Of a DNA stretch of 64,000 nt, positions 52,300-64,000 are shown in pieces (the first letter of the stretch is position 1; each line of letters opens with the position of its first letter). Where the stretch lies: assembly GCA_965655095.1 (NCBI GenBank), contig OZ296650.1, positions 58,528,001-58,592,000 on the forward strand. The letters are read 5' to 3'. The translations under genes were made by a program, and so were the position numbers. The DNA comes from Haplodiscus bocki (taxonomy: Eukaryota). The notes under the pieces are model-generated. The model searched no databases and was not told the origin of the DNA. It was given only the letters and a program-made list of their open reading frames with translations.

Positions 52300-53750
52300 G
52301 AAACGACACGAATGAGAAGAAAATCTAAGTTGTTGTTGTCAAGGGAGATGCCCCGTTATTCGAACCACACAACTCGAATACCAAATGAACTTGTGACGGC
52401 GATTGAAACCTTGTTTGTGATTTTGAATGACAAGCTCTCAATGTGGTTTTCATCGGAAAGCGAGCTTTTGTCAGGAACTGATTGTCCGGTTTTTGAGTAT
52501 TCTGTTTTCCGAGAAAAAAAATAGCCACAGAGCTTCACTAGAACACATCACCGTAACAAAGTGCATTCCAGTAACCAGTGTATGAGGGGAGGAAACCAAA
52601 AAGACCTCTTCAAATGCTGGGGGAAGACTCAGTTTTTGTCAACAGGCAAAAGTTATCTAAAGAGATGTCTTTTGTAGAGACATGGAATAAAACTAGTTCG
52701 TAACGCCGCTTTCTATCAATATTGGACATGTAGAGTGGCCTGAGGTGAGCAAGTTCAAGCCAGTAAGAAATGCGTTCTTTCTCAGCCTTGCGCATGACAG
52801 CATCATCTTGAGCAAATTGAGCAGAAGGTGTTGTTTTGGTGAAGAAAAAGAAGGGGGAAACGAATTTCTGTTGTTCTTCTCTGAGCAATTCAATGATACC
52901 TTTGTCAGGCAGGCCTACCCTCCGAATAGGATCGCCGGAAGTTCATCAAAATTAGGCAAAGCAAAACATCGTAACAGTTAAGATCTTATTTCAGCACTTT
53001 TGCCAAGTCCAATGAAGAGACAAAATGAAGTGAAAATCGATTATGGATGCAAACTTGGATTGCTTGCAGTGAACAAGACTTTAGCAAAAACTGACATTGG
53101 AAGGGGTAGCATGGTTATGTGGTACTTCTTGGATATCATCATTGCCACTGGAATCATTGAAAACCATTTGGCCGATTTGGGGAAAATCTTCCATTCAGTT
53201 AGAGCAGCCGCATCCAATGGTATATCAGATTTACGACAACTTGAAAGATTTTTAAGAAGTACGATTTTTTGTGAGTAGGAGCTACACCTGGGAAGATCGA
53301 CCCCCGCGGATACTTTGATGCCCGATAAGTGCGTTGTCAATAAAAAACAATATTGGACAACTTGACAGAACAAGGGCTAAGTTGTCAGATTCGTAGACTA
53401 TGTCGAATATTACAATGAGTTCATCGAAAATTGTGCCAGCAAAATTCCTCTCATGTGAGCTTCCACTATTTTGGTGACGCTCAGTGTGTAATTGAACAAT
53501 TCAGTGATGTATTGTTTAACTCAGTAAGTAGAATTACTTGAGGATGAAAGACTCTTCGTCTTGAAAGCAAATGCCAAAATTGTTTGTTTGAGAGGCATTC
53601 TAGCAAATGGATAAAGAGGGAACCGTGCGAAAATGCTACGTCCTGTGTTATTCATAGGCGACACCTTGAGCCCCACGCTCACGAAACAAGGAGCGCTTAA
53701 ACTGGATATATTCGTCTCCATTACATTCATCAGGAAGTTCCTCTCCTAAT
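52300..53750 (-). pseudogene. Decayed Gypsy RT/RNase H
   Basis: LYPFARMPL (~GLYxFxRMPFG); FDELIV (~YLDDxIV); HLSGIKVSAG; WKIFPKSA (~KFIPxxA). Confidence 0.6.
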
Positions 53751-54349
53751 TGGCCCCAGGAAAAATGACTGGGAGAACAAACAACCTAGCGTGGTCATTG
53801 CTAAAGAAATAGTCACTGAAAATCATCCAAGAAAGGATCACAACACTAGCTTTTTACCGTGCACAATAAGCAAAAAGCAAAGGCAACGCATGAAGAAAAG
53901 TAAGAGCAAAATTTTTTATGACTGCTCCAACGGGCCACTTGAATCAGTCACGTAGGATTCAGTAGAATTAAATTCCTCCTTTCTTCCAGTGAAAAAAATG
54001 GATTGTTTTCCCTCTTCACTGTGATAGACAAACAAAGCAACAACAAACACTGTCTTGGAGTCTCAAAACCCAGTACCCCAGGTGTAACGACAAAAAACAG
54101 GAAGAAGAAATAGAAGCCCGGGGAGTATCGTCCCATACCAGATTACTCCAACCTCCTGCACGGTGTATGGAAGCAAGAACGCTTTGATGAGGCTCCAACA
54201 ACACTTTTGTGCTTGGTTTGAGCACGGACACAGCCACTTGAACCGGAAAGCAACCAATGTTATAGTCGTCGGCCGTGATCAGAAACCCCAACGCCCTCAA
54301 GTTCACATTACTGCAACAGTTTTGACATTAAAAACAAGCTAGGAAAAAC

Positions 54350-55400
54350 TGCTAAGTGATGGTTTTTAACAGTGTTCAACAATCAGAGATCTTTTTTCAA
54401 ACAATACGCTCGCTAAAGGAGATGTCAATTGAAAATCTAGCAATCAGTTCCTTGTTATGGAATAGTCCGAAAAACAGAAAAAATTATATGCTTCTAGAAG
54501 ATCAAGACATTTTTTGTTCTAGAAGGCCTCAGGAGCAACCAGCAGACTGGTGTATTCAAATCCCGATGGTGATTCTTCAGAAGATTCACTCCGATGTAAT
54601 TTAAAATAATCCCTGTAAAATCAGTAAAAATTGATGATAAAAAAGCTGTGATGTCAAATCATCAAGTACATGACTGGCCAGGCTTTCAAAACGAAACAAA
54701 AGCCTGGATCACTGTCTGCCCATATTTTCAAGAAGAGGTAAACCACAAGGATCCACAAGGATGCCGGACGCTTTGCATTTTATATTTTGGCAGTGGTAAT
54801 TCTATTGACCTGAAACATATGGATCATCTCAGTCTCCTAAAAGACTTACGCAGCTCAAGCGAAACTCCCGTTTATTATGAACTAATTGACTATGCACGCA
54901 GAAGCAGTGACCTCAAAGGCCGAAAAGTACACAGAACAGGTGAAAAAAAATCAACTTTTAACACTTTGGTTTACCGGTCACGGTACCTCATCTAAGCTGC
55001 ATTTCACTCCAGAACCCAAATCAGCGGTGAAGTGAATTATCAAATCATCCCATTATCTCTTGTGCATCATGTGTTTTCCGTCATTACCCACGCTTAGAAA
55101 ATTACTCAGTTCACTTTCTGTCTGTACATTCGAGAAACGATTGAATGGGATATGAAAGAATTCTTTCGATCCGACATTAGCACTCGTCAGAAATGAACGA
55201 GAATCTTGCCATTAAAGCTGATGAAACGAAAGGATAAATCGCTGATACTCGCTTACTTGTCCACGGAAATTGACTCAATGGAGCGAAACTCTCAACAGAG
55301 TGTGATGCTCACCTTTTGGGAAAACAGCAAAAGCTCCATCAGCTAGCTCACCGAAACCTATATCAAGCCCAGCTCAGACCAAAAAGGTCAATTTGATAAG
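54350..55400 (+). pseudogene. Decayed Gypsy integrase (HHCC zinc domain and core)
   Basis: IPMVILQKIHSD...WPGFQNETKAWITVCPYFQ...IDYA...SRY. Confidence 0.6.
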
Positions 55401-55899
55401 CGCGTCAAGGAAAAAGCTTCCGCCCGAGGAGACACTGGCATGGTATTTTTCAAGCTGTTTTCGAAAAAAAACCCCACGTAACGCGTCAAAGTTAATCCAA
55501 TGCAGATAGAGAAGGAGCAAAGGTTTATCAGGCGCCAGTAGAGGTTGATTTGGTCGTCAGACGTAAGCAAATACGGACAAAATTGACCATGACCGTTACA
55601 AATGGAGAAAAAAGGAGAAACAAAACATTACAACGGGTTTTAATGGCTTTTTCTCTGGCCGACAAACTTTACTAGAAACGACTGACCAGCTACCACTTCC
55701 TTCTATGTGGTCAACCATCACTCAAGTAATTGCCTTTCAAAACATCTCTTCGGTGCAATGCGCCGTGTTGGCAATCATCAAAACGATGTTAAAAATTTTG
55801 ACCCGCGAGCGCAAATCCGATTGGAAATAAGTTGACAAGAATAAAGGCTCCCCCGGTCCAATGCAGGATGAACAACAGTTTTGTCTTTTCTGTAGAATA

Positions 55900-58800
55900 T
55901 GCTACCGTTGATTCTTAGGCTGCAAACATTCAGAATTTCAAGTCACAAAAAAACAAAAACGCCAAATTTTTTGAAAGGAGGTTTGCCAGTCCGGCAAAAA
56001 AGTACCATAAGAAAACTGGACATTAGAATTGCATTCTGTATATGTCCATGCATTGGTTTCATTGATTCCTTCCCTTAAAAAACCATCTTGTCCTCTAAAT
56101 GGGTCCATCCCACCGATGAACATTTGAAACCGGGAAAAATGTAATTTTTTTTGTTGAAAAGGACTTTGGAGTCATATTGAGGTCTTTCGCCGTAGATTAT
56201 TTTGAACAAATCGACAACATACTTTTGACAAAAGGAAAACTGAAAGACTTTGACACAATAGCAGGCAAATTGCAATAACCACTTAAAACCGTTTTGCAAA
56301 TTATATACTGTTAAGCATTGTTTAGCAGGAAAACCGTCACATGAGGAAGTTTCCTGTACATGCCAAAAGAGGCAGGGGTCGAAAATTCAGCACGAGTTTG
56401 ACCGGTTTTTCTTGAGATCGCAGTCTTTCCTAATTTTTTTCTAGCTTGAACAGGAGATACAGCAAACCAATGGCAAGCCGCGCGCGCGATTCATTTGGTT
56501 GATATAAAAAATCCAACATCTAGACAATGAAGGCGGCCTGATTGAACAACGCTTATAACTCAGACACTTTGAGTGCAACCGAATGTATATGTGTGTCCTC
56601 AGGAAAAAAATATACCGAAACTGCTTCGACCGGAAGTGTATCAGGAGTGCAGCAGAAAACAATATTGTCATAGCCGCCGAAGAGGTTGAATGGTGTCGGC
56701 AACGGGCAAATTTGTGCGCTGATGCCCCACAATTAAGCAGTTTTTTTTTTAAAAAAAAAATTGGTCCAATTTGTCATGTAAGGGGCAAAACACCATCTAA
56801 TGGACTATAATTCAGCTGAAGTTACAAAGAAGTAACGAAGTTGAAACATTTTGACAGGTAGCAGTTGGCTTTGATTTACTTGCCAGGTGCAAGCAAATCT
56901 GCGCATTATCTCAACTTATCAATAACAAAACGAAAACAATTTGAAAAAAGAAAAACCTAACGTGCTTGAGCTGCTTTTCCAGTCTTCTAATGGTAACAGA
57001 AGTGTTTGGGCAATCAAGAATTCCGTTTCTCTGTGCAGATACTACTTCAGGTACTGCTGTCAACAAAAATTCTTTAATTTTAAACATGTAACCTCCAGGT
57101 TCATACTCCCATATAACGGTTAAAATGTCCGAGTGGCAGATGATACCAATGAAAAACAAAAGTGCTCAAAAGCAGTATGGCAAACCAACCGAACAAACTG
57201 CAAAAGTCAAAACCCTTTTGGTAACCATACAGCAAGTTTCGGACAAATTTTTTCCAACAAAAACCAATTAAATCTCACTTTCCAAGAGAGGAGGGTAGCA
57301 ACCCGGTCTTATCACGAGTTAAAATCCATTTGTAATACTGTATAACATGTTGGAATCAAGCAAATTGCTCCTATGATTACTTGGTACGAAGGACTGTGGT
57401 GCCCGAACTGACTTTTGTTGACCGGGGCGTGGAAACCCGAGGACGATTAGCGTGGCGAACAAAAAAACCCCATCAACAACTGTAGCATGGTCAATATTTC
57501 TCCAGATCATTTAGTACCCACTGAACTTTTTTCTTACGGCGCAATTATTCAGTTTTTGAACTAACTAATAACATAAGAGCCAAGAACTTCCCAGAAAAAG
57601 GCAATGTTTACACTTCATAGAAGGAATCCTTAAAAAAGTTCGGCATTAGAACTACATTCAGTGTTATGTTGATACAAGCAATCTGATGACTCCTTCACGT
57701 CACGAACAAAATTGACCTCCATTCCGGCTCTAGTCCTGGGGCATAAAAAGAGGTTAAATGTTTTGTCAAACAGGTCGGAGGAGTCCAGTGAATTTCTCGA
57801 TTTTAGAACAGAAGCGAATTTCTTTCAAAGGTTAACTCTCTTTCATGAAGGAAGTTTTAGTTAAAAAAGCGTCAACAGTAAAATTTTTCGTTTTCACTAA
57901 CCAATGTTGCTGCCAAAAGTCCATTACAGGTTTAACGAATTTTTTTTGAAGTCTCACTCTTCTTGGTCTTTGTCATAGCTGAAAGAAGAAATATATAAAA
58001 ATCGCGCTGGTGGTACACTACTTACGCGCGCAATTCGTTTGGCTGGTTAGAAGGAACCCGGCGAGATTTCCAGACGAAGTATTGCTGCACAACAAATACC
58101 TGTAATAGATTAGTATACACAATTGGTCCAGAGTTTGGAGGCGTTTCGACAACCGGTAATAGAGGATCTATTTGAGCCGGTTGCATCTTTCCAGTTTGAA
58201 TTTCCAAAGGCTCAGCTTACACTACCGTCAACCAAACATACACTCGAAACTAACCCAAAGACAGCCACACGGACTGACACTTTCTTAACAAACCTGAACG
58301 AGAAGAGAAGAAGTTTACAAAATCCAAAGACTTCAAACACAAGACGGCAGAGGAAGAAATCAAACTCATGGACGTGGATGCAATAGACTGCTAACAGTTG
58401 CCTCTAAGAACAAACTGAGAAACCCATTTGACAGAAAGACTCCTGACAAGCAGCTTGCTGCTTTTCAATAGTGCCTACAACAAAGACGCGTGCGAAAACC
58501 AGGAAAGCAAATCAAAATCGTTTCGTGGAAACCCCTTCTTGTGAAAACCTCGAGAGGATAGGAAATTAAAGAAGACACCATACATGACCCCATGCAGGTA
58601 GAGGTTGTTTTCACAGTCTCGAACATGACACGCATGATTTCCCCACGTCGATCTCGATGGGTTGAGGTGACTGAACACAGATGAGATTGAAACTTTCCGA
58701 ATTCTAATTATCACTGTTTCCGTTTTCATAGCAGGCAAAATACAATGTTGTTTCAGAAATCGTATTGTGTCTAGCGGTTTGCTGGTTTTGTGAAGCATTT

Positions 58801-60700
58801 GGAGGACGTGATAATCAAGATACACTCCAATGGGTCCCCGGAACGAATTGTTTTTCCTCCTGTTGTGATTGGTTGCATTTCCTTGAACCATCTACAGCGC
58901 AGGAGAGACTGAAATGACCTCAATTAATGTTGCAGAGGCTATTACATGACATGGATGATTCGATCCAGTTTTTGGCAGAAATTTACTCTGAATTGATCAA
59001 AAGTTTCAAAAAAAACAGGAACATAAACAAAATCCGTTTCATTTCCTTAATTCGTCAATGGCTTCCTTGTTTCCAAAAGTTTTTTTTAGTTACTGTTAGA
59101 GATCGTGTTAGAGAACCGGCTTGCAGCAGTTTAAAAGAACACCAATCAATTCGTCCATCAGTCCTGGTAGATTACCTCCTCAGGAAGAAATTACTCAGCA
59201 TTCTTCGCCACTTTTTGAACAATTCACTGCAACTGACGAAATTCATCAACTTCATCATACCATATCTGATTCTCTCGTAATTGACCGTGATAGCAAAATG
59301 TGTTCAATCTTAGTGGAACAACGCTGAGCACCCAGGGAAAATATTGTATCGAAAAACAGGAGCCGCCTCCCAAGAAACCGGAACTTTACAGGGGAAATGG
59401 CAACCGGAAGTGTTAGCCCTAGTTCTATTTTATAGAAATTGAATCAAAAATATTCTAACTTGGTTACTTTCCCTGAGCCAAACTGATGCAACCAGCAGTC
59501 ACATCTTTAGGAGTGAGAGTCATCACATCTCAAGCCAAAAGGTTTGGTGCAGCGGTGAGCACTAAGGCTTTCACCTATCCTCGTACCGGCACATGCAGGA
59601 TCTAGCCAAAAAAGGTCGGCCAAAATAATAGTAGTAGGCATAGCCGAGATGGTGAGATTGTTAAAGGGGGTAATGGAAAGCAGATGGCATGGACAGTGCA
59701 TGGCTCATTGCAGCCCAGCTGAATTTTAGGAAATGCGCCGTGCGTGTTCTGAGGATGTTTGATTGCATTGATCAGTAGCTTTAATAAACCAGCAGGCAAC
59801 TTCTGGCAAGACTCTTTATGTCCTTCTGATCATTTTATAATCCGAAGGCCGAAACCTACCTTTAGCATATGTATGGATAATTTTTGACAAACAAAGGTTT
59901 TTAGAACTAGAATTGAACTTGAAATGGAGAGAGAGGCAGAGCAACCTATGTGCTATTGGGTAAACTCCTACATGGTTTAAGAAACAGGAGTACTGAATGT
60001 GGCCAAAACAAGAGCACATCATGGAGCGTTACCGGGGTTCAGGGCGCTGTCCCAAAATTTTGAAACTATGAACGTGGACCTGGAAGTTTTCAGGCCTGAT
60101 TTCGGTCCCGCAATGTTTCGCATCCTTGGATCTGTGGCAAAATCGAAATTTCCCACGAGAACTTCACGACTTGCCGTGATTAACGGTAAGTGTAATTTGC
60201 TTTCTGAAGTCTTAAACCACGGAAGCCCGAGTCTAGAATGTCGTTGAAACTGCCAGCAGATTGATAAAGTAATATGAGGCCTAATGACACGATAGTATAT
60301 CATTAACGAGGGCGAGAAGCATACTTACGTGGGCAGTTGCAGGTTAACCGAACAGTGACTGAACTCCTATAGTAACCGAATGCCTTGGAAAAGCTGACGA
60401 GAACCTGGAATCCTGACAATAACAAATCCTGTTCTTCAGCCGCTGCCACAATCAACGATGCTTTGGTCAGACTAACCATGAGAAATGAAAAACCTCCACA
60501 GATGGTTTCCATCTAGAAAAGAGGCTCAACCACTGAGAAATGTTACCTGTAGAATGAACAACAATGACAGCTCAACCACACTTGGCTTGCAGGCGAAGAC
60601 ACTTGACGAAAAAGCTGATCTTAAGTCATAGATGTGCGAATGCTTGTCAATAGAGATGTCTATCACCTCAGCTGCTCAAGTCTTCGTGACAAAAAAGTAG
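55900..60700. mobile_element. Mosaic of highly eroded LTR-retrotransposon fragments
   Basis: Isolated RT-like fragments (RQWLP, LVDYLL; WAIKNS); no long ORF; families unresolved. Confidence 0.35.
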
Positions 60701-61139
60701 TAAAATAAAATCAATTGAATTTGCTTTATGGCACGGCAGGCAGTCAACTTCGGTGGTGATTTTGCCCTAATTTATCAAGTTGAGAAATTTTAGTGTTCGT
60801 TCAGCTGAGAGATGTCCGATACATTTTTCGTTCACAAGACTTTGCTCAAACAAATTTGACTAGATGTTGCAGATAGAAAAATCTGGCAATTGCTTCCCAG
60901 CTGAACAAACTTATTGCTGAACCAGGAAATTTTTGAACGAGCCAAACGTGGCAGAATTAATTTGAAAATGCTCAATTCCTAAAAGTTTTTAACACATCCT
61001 TGTATTAGAAAAGGCAAAAAGACTTAAAACCTGGAGTATCTTTATCTACTAACGGTTTTCACCTCATATGACAGTCGAAAAAAAATAGGAAGGAAGACCA
61101 GTCTCATCAGGGACGGATGACAATAAAGGCGGCATGAAA

Positions 61140-61295
61140 GGGAAAATTTGGGGAAAAAATGCGAAAAGAAGAATGAAGCAAGTAATAGAATCTAAGTAAA
61201 TAGAAATTAAAACAACACAAGAAAGAGTGAATGAATCAATGACAGAAAGAAAGAAGGAAAGGGAGTGAAAAGAAGAGAAAGAGGCACAGAGAGAA
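61140..61295. repeat. Purine-rich (A/G) low-complexity tract leading into a gap
   Basis: gaaagaaagaaggaaagggagtgaaaagaagagaaagagg. Confidence 0.8.
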
Positions 61296-61487
61296 NNNNN
61301 NNNNNNNNNNNNNNNNNNNNNNNNNNNNNNNNNNNNNNNNNNNNNNNNNNNNNNNNNNNNNNNNNNNNNNNNNNNNNNNNNNNNNNNNNNNNNNNNNNNN
61401 NNNNNNNNNNNNNNNNNNNNNNNNNNNNNNNNNNNNNNNNNNNNNNNNNNNNNNNNNNNNNNNNNNNNNNNNNNNNNNNNNNNNNNN
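61296..61487. other. Assembly gap (192 N)
   Basis: N run. Confidence 1.
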
Positions 61488-62799
61488 GTGGTGTTAATGT
61501 TTCTTGACCACTGAACCTAAATTAATTTTAGCAAAAAAACTTGATACGATGCAGTAAATTGACTACAGTTCGTGGTCATTATGTCATAAAAATTCCTAAG
61601 CAAACTGAATGTGATTTTTGAACCGATTTGATACCACTTGTTCATCAATCCACCCAGTTTTTACAACGTTGTGCAGCTGATCATCCGCCTGCTCCTAGCC
61701 CTCGTACTTTCGAAATGTTTGCCATATGTTTCCAACTCAACTGGTTTGATACAGATGACAAAAAAACTTAACCTTTCCTAGCTTGCTCCGCTGGAACACC
61801 AAAAGACTTGTTGTTCAACATCAATCATCCTCCCCGTCATCGACGACGTCCACGGCTTGTTCGGGGATTTATGTAGAGTAAGCCTCAAGGATAAGAAGTT
61901 GCAGCATGAATTTTTCAAACCTCAAGATTTTCACGTTGACTAGGTTAGTCTAAGTGGCCATGTCTAGAGTTTTGCAACTTGCTGGGCTGGCAAAAGAACA
62001 ACATGGAACCTCAACAGCGGGAAAACCAAAAATCGGGCCCCTTTCCAAGGGGAAAGGGAGGAATTGAAAATAGAAGGAGAAAACAAAAAAAAGGATAGAC
62101 AGTAATTAGTCCCCGAAAAACTAGATGTTTACACTGAGTTGTGGTTATTATATATCTAAGCTATTTTATGATGAGTTTTCTGGTATCGATAATTCCCACT
62201 CCTTGGGAAGCTATGTTTTCCATTTGTGAGGGAACTTTCACTCACCACCGGCATTAGGCCAGGAACAATTTTACATGGTGGCTTTAGGTCTTTAGAAGGT
62301 CGAGGTTAAGCCATAGATTCTAATTGATCATTTTACTCTCCGCTCTGGAGCACGACATGGATAGTCAGAAACATATTTTCAGGCAGTCAGGGCAATCGAG
62401 GCTTTTTGGTGGTCAAGAAGTGGGTTGTGTGCCGTTCTCAATTGTGTCAATAGAACTTTTAGTAGGTTTCTATTACATGCTGGAAACTTGTAAGTTGAAA
62501 GATGCAAACTCTAGAAACTATCTCTGGAAGCGTATTCCCTAAAGAATACCTGGTGAAAAGCCATGGATAGAAATGACAAACTAAAATAGTTCCCAAATAT
62601 GTTTGTACTTTTTTCTCCAAATAGTGGCCGATTTTTTTCTAATTTCCGTTTTCAACTTACTAGAATCAGTCGATATCGCTGGCGTTTCATTTCTTGAAAA
62701 ATTCTTAGTTTGATTTTGGTTCAACATTTCAGCTCTATAAAACGCGGCTGAATACGATGGCTTTTTTTCTGCCGCTGAACGTTGAGAAACACGGATTTT

Positions 62800-62987
62800 T
62801 TATGGATGAATAATGGATGTATCACGAATGATGTATGGATGATTATCTATGGTGATTATGTAACGGAACATGGATTTTCATTGATGAATCGTAAATGGAT
62901 GATTTTCGATGAACGGAAACGTGGTCACAAGTAATTCCATGGTCATGGCTAAGTTTCCATGAAAGCACATGTGTAGTCAAACTGGGT
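62800..62987. repeat. ATGGA/CATGG-rich degenerate repeat ending AACTGGGT (MITE-like; related tract at 46330-46470)
   Basis: Recurrent tggatga/catgg words. Confidence 0.4.
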
Positions 62988-64000
62988 TTTCACGAAACGT
63001 AACTTGTATTTAGTGAGCGCTTTATTAAGGATTTAACTGTTGTATTAATTTTTTACGATCAAATCGAATTGGCCCATTTGGATGGATCTACAGAAACGTA
63101 TAAAACCTATCATTTCTCAAGTCTATAAGAAAAGCAAAACAAACAATGGTGGGTGCCCCAATGAAATTTCAGGCTTTATGAGGAAAATTTATTTACTATC
63201 AAAAATCGAAATTTCTTTTTTCGTTAGAATCAAATTTTGCGCTCACCCTATTAGCTTTTTATTCCGCCGAATCACAATGAAATGCCAAGAATCAAATAGA
63301 ACGAACGTTACTCTTATTATTTTTTGTCATAATATTATCCACTCTTCAAGAATCACGAAGATTGAACAAAAGTATAAAAGATATGTTTTGATTACTAACT
63401 AATAATAGATAACTAACAGCTAAGAACTAAATATATATTTTATCATCTCAAGTCTAATCTAAGCTATGGCTGTATCACCTTATGTTCGCAGGTGCGTAAG
63501 CCTATAAATATGAGTAAATGGCGAAGATCCAAGTTGAGTTTTAGTCTATTAGTAGTAGACAGTTCATTTAATGAGTTCCTAATTTAACCGCACTAAGATT
63601 CAAATCACTGTGAAATTCGATTGATTTCAGCAGGAAAGTGCTCTTTTTTGTGATGTACAGAACAATTATGATTTGGACTGCAGTTCTCGTACATGTTTTG
63701 GGTCAGAAGTCAACACAAAATTGCAGTTAGTTAATTTTAATTTATTAAGCAAGCAGCTGTTGGGAATGTTTAGAGCTAACTCCAAAGCGAAATTTTAGCC
63801 CGTTTTGGGTGGAATTTATAAAATGCCAGATGAAGTTAAAAACTGAACAAACTGATGTTTAAAACTACCAATGACTATTGACTGACTGTATTTTACACTT
63901 AGATTCAAATGGTTTCATGGTTTTCTCTCAAATTATCGAACTATTTAATAATGTTCCAGATAGCAACACCTTTGTTTTGTGGTATGATATCATCATTGAA

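Noticed and set aside
61660-62560. Possible host exons after the second gap
   Set aside because: Only short frames, an implausibly short candidate intron and no recognisable domain
1-64000. Alternative genetic code or RNA editing to explain the many stops
   Set aside because: All three stop types occur together with numerous indels, which fits neutral decay

Overview
AT-rich eukaryotic (animal-like) DNA with two N-gaps (18000-18199, 61296-61487). It is made almost entirely of nested, decayed mobile elements, and no host gene can be called with confidence. (1) 1-4.1 kb holds the 5' part of a fairly young Ty3/Gypsy element on the minus strand (candidate LTR, gag, CCHC knuckle, A-AAA-AAC slippery site, protease) next to BEL/Pao pol remnants. 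(2) About 4.1-46.2 kb is a graveyard of Polinton/Maverick (adintovirus-like) elements: three distinct protein-primed DNA polymerase B pseudogenes, three rve integrases, and adenain-type protease, capsid, penton-like and packaging-ATPase relics. BEL fragments, a solo LTR with an internal ORF and a Helentron-like element interrupt it. (3) About 47.5-60.7 kb is a mosaic of heavily eroded Gypsy/BEL pol fragments. Two observations stand out. First, a pair of ~2.1-kb inverted arms (20689-22768 and 29598-31768) brackets a dead Polinton core and contains a 984-bp perfectly identical tract inside diverged flanks. Second, a densovirus NS1-like SF3 helicase relic (~32300-32900) sits among the Polinton genes, a gene pairing reminiscent of bidnaviruses. 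All protein calls come from reading degenerate motifs by eye across frameshifts, so boundaries are approximate and need HMM/tBLASTn confirmation.
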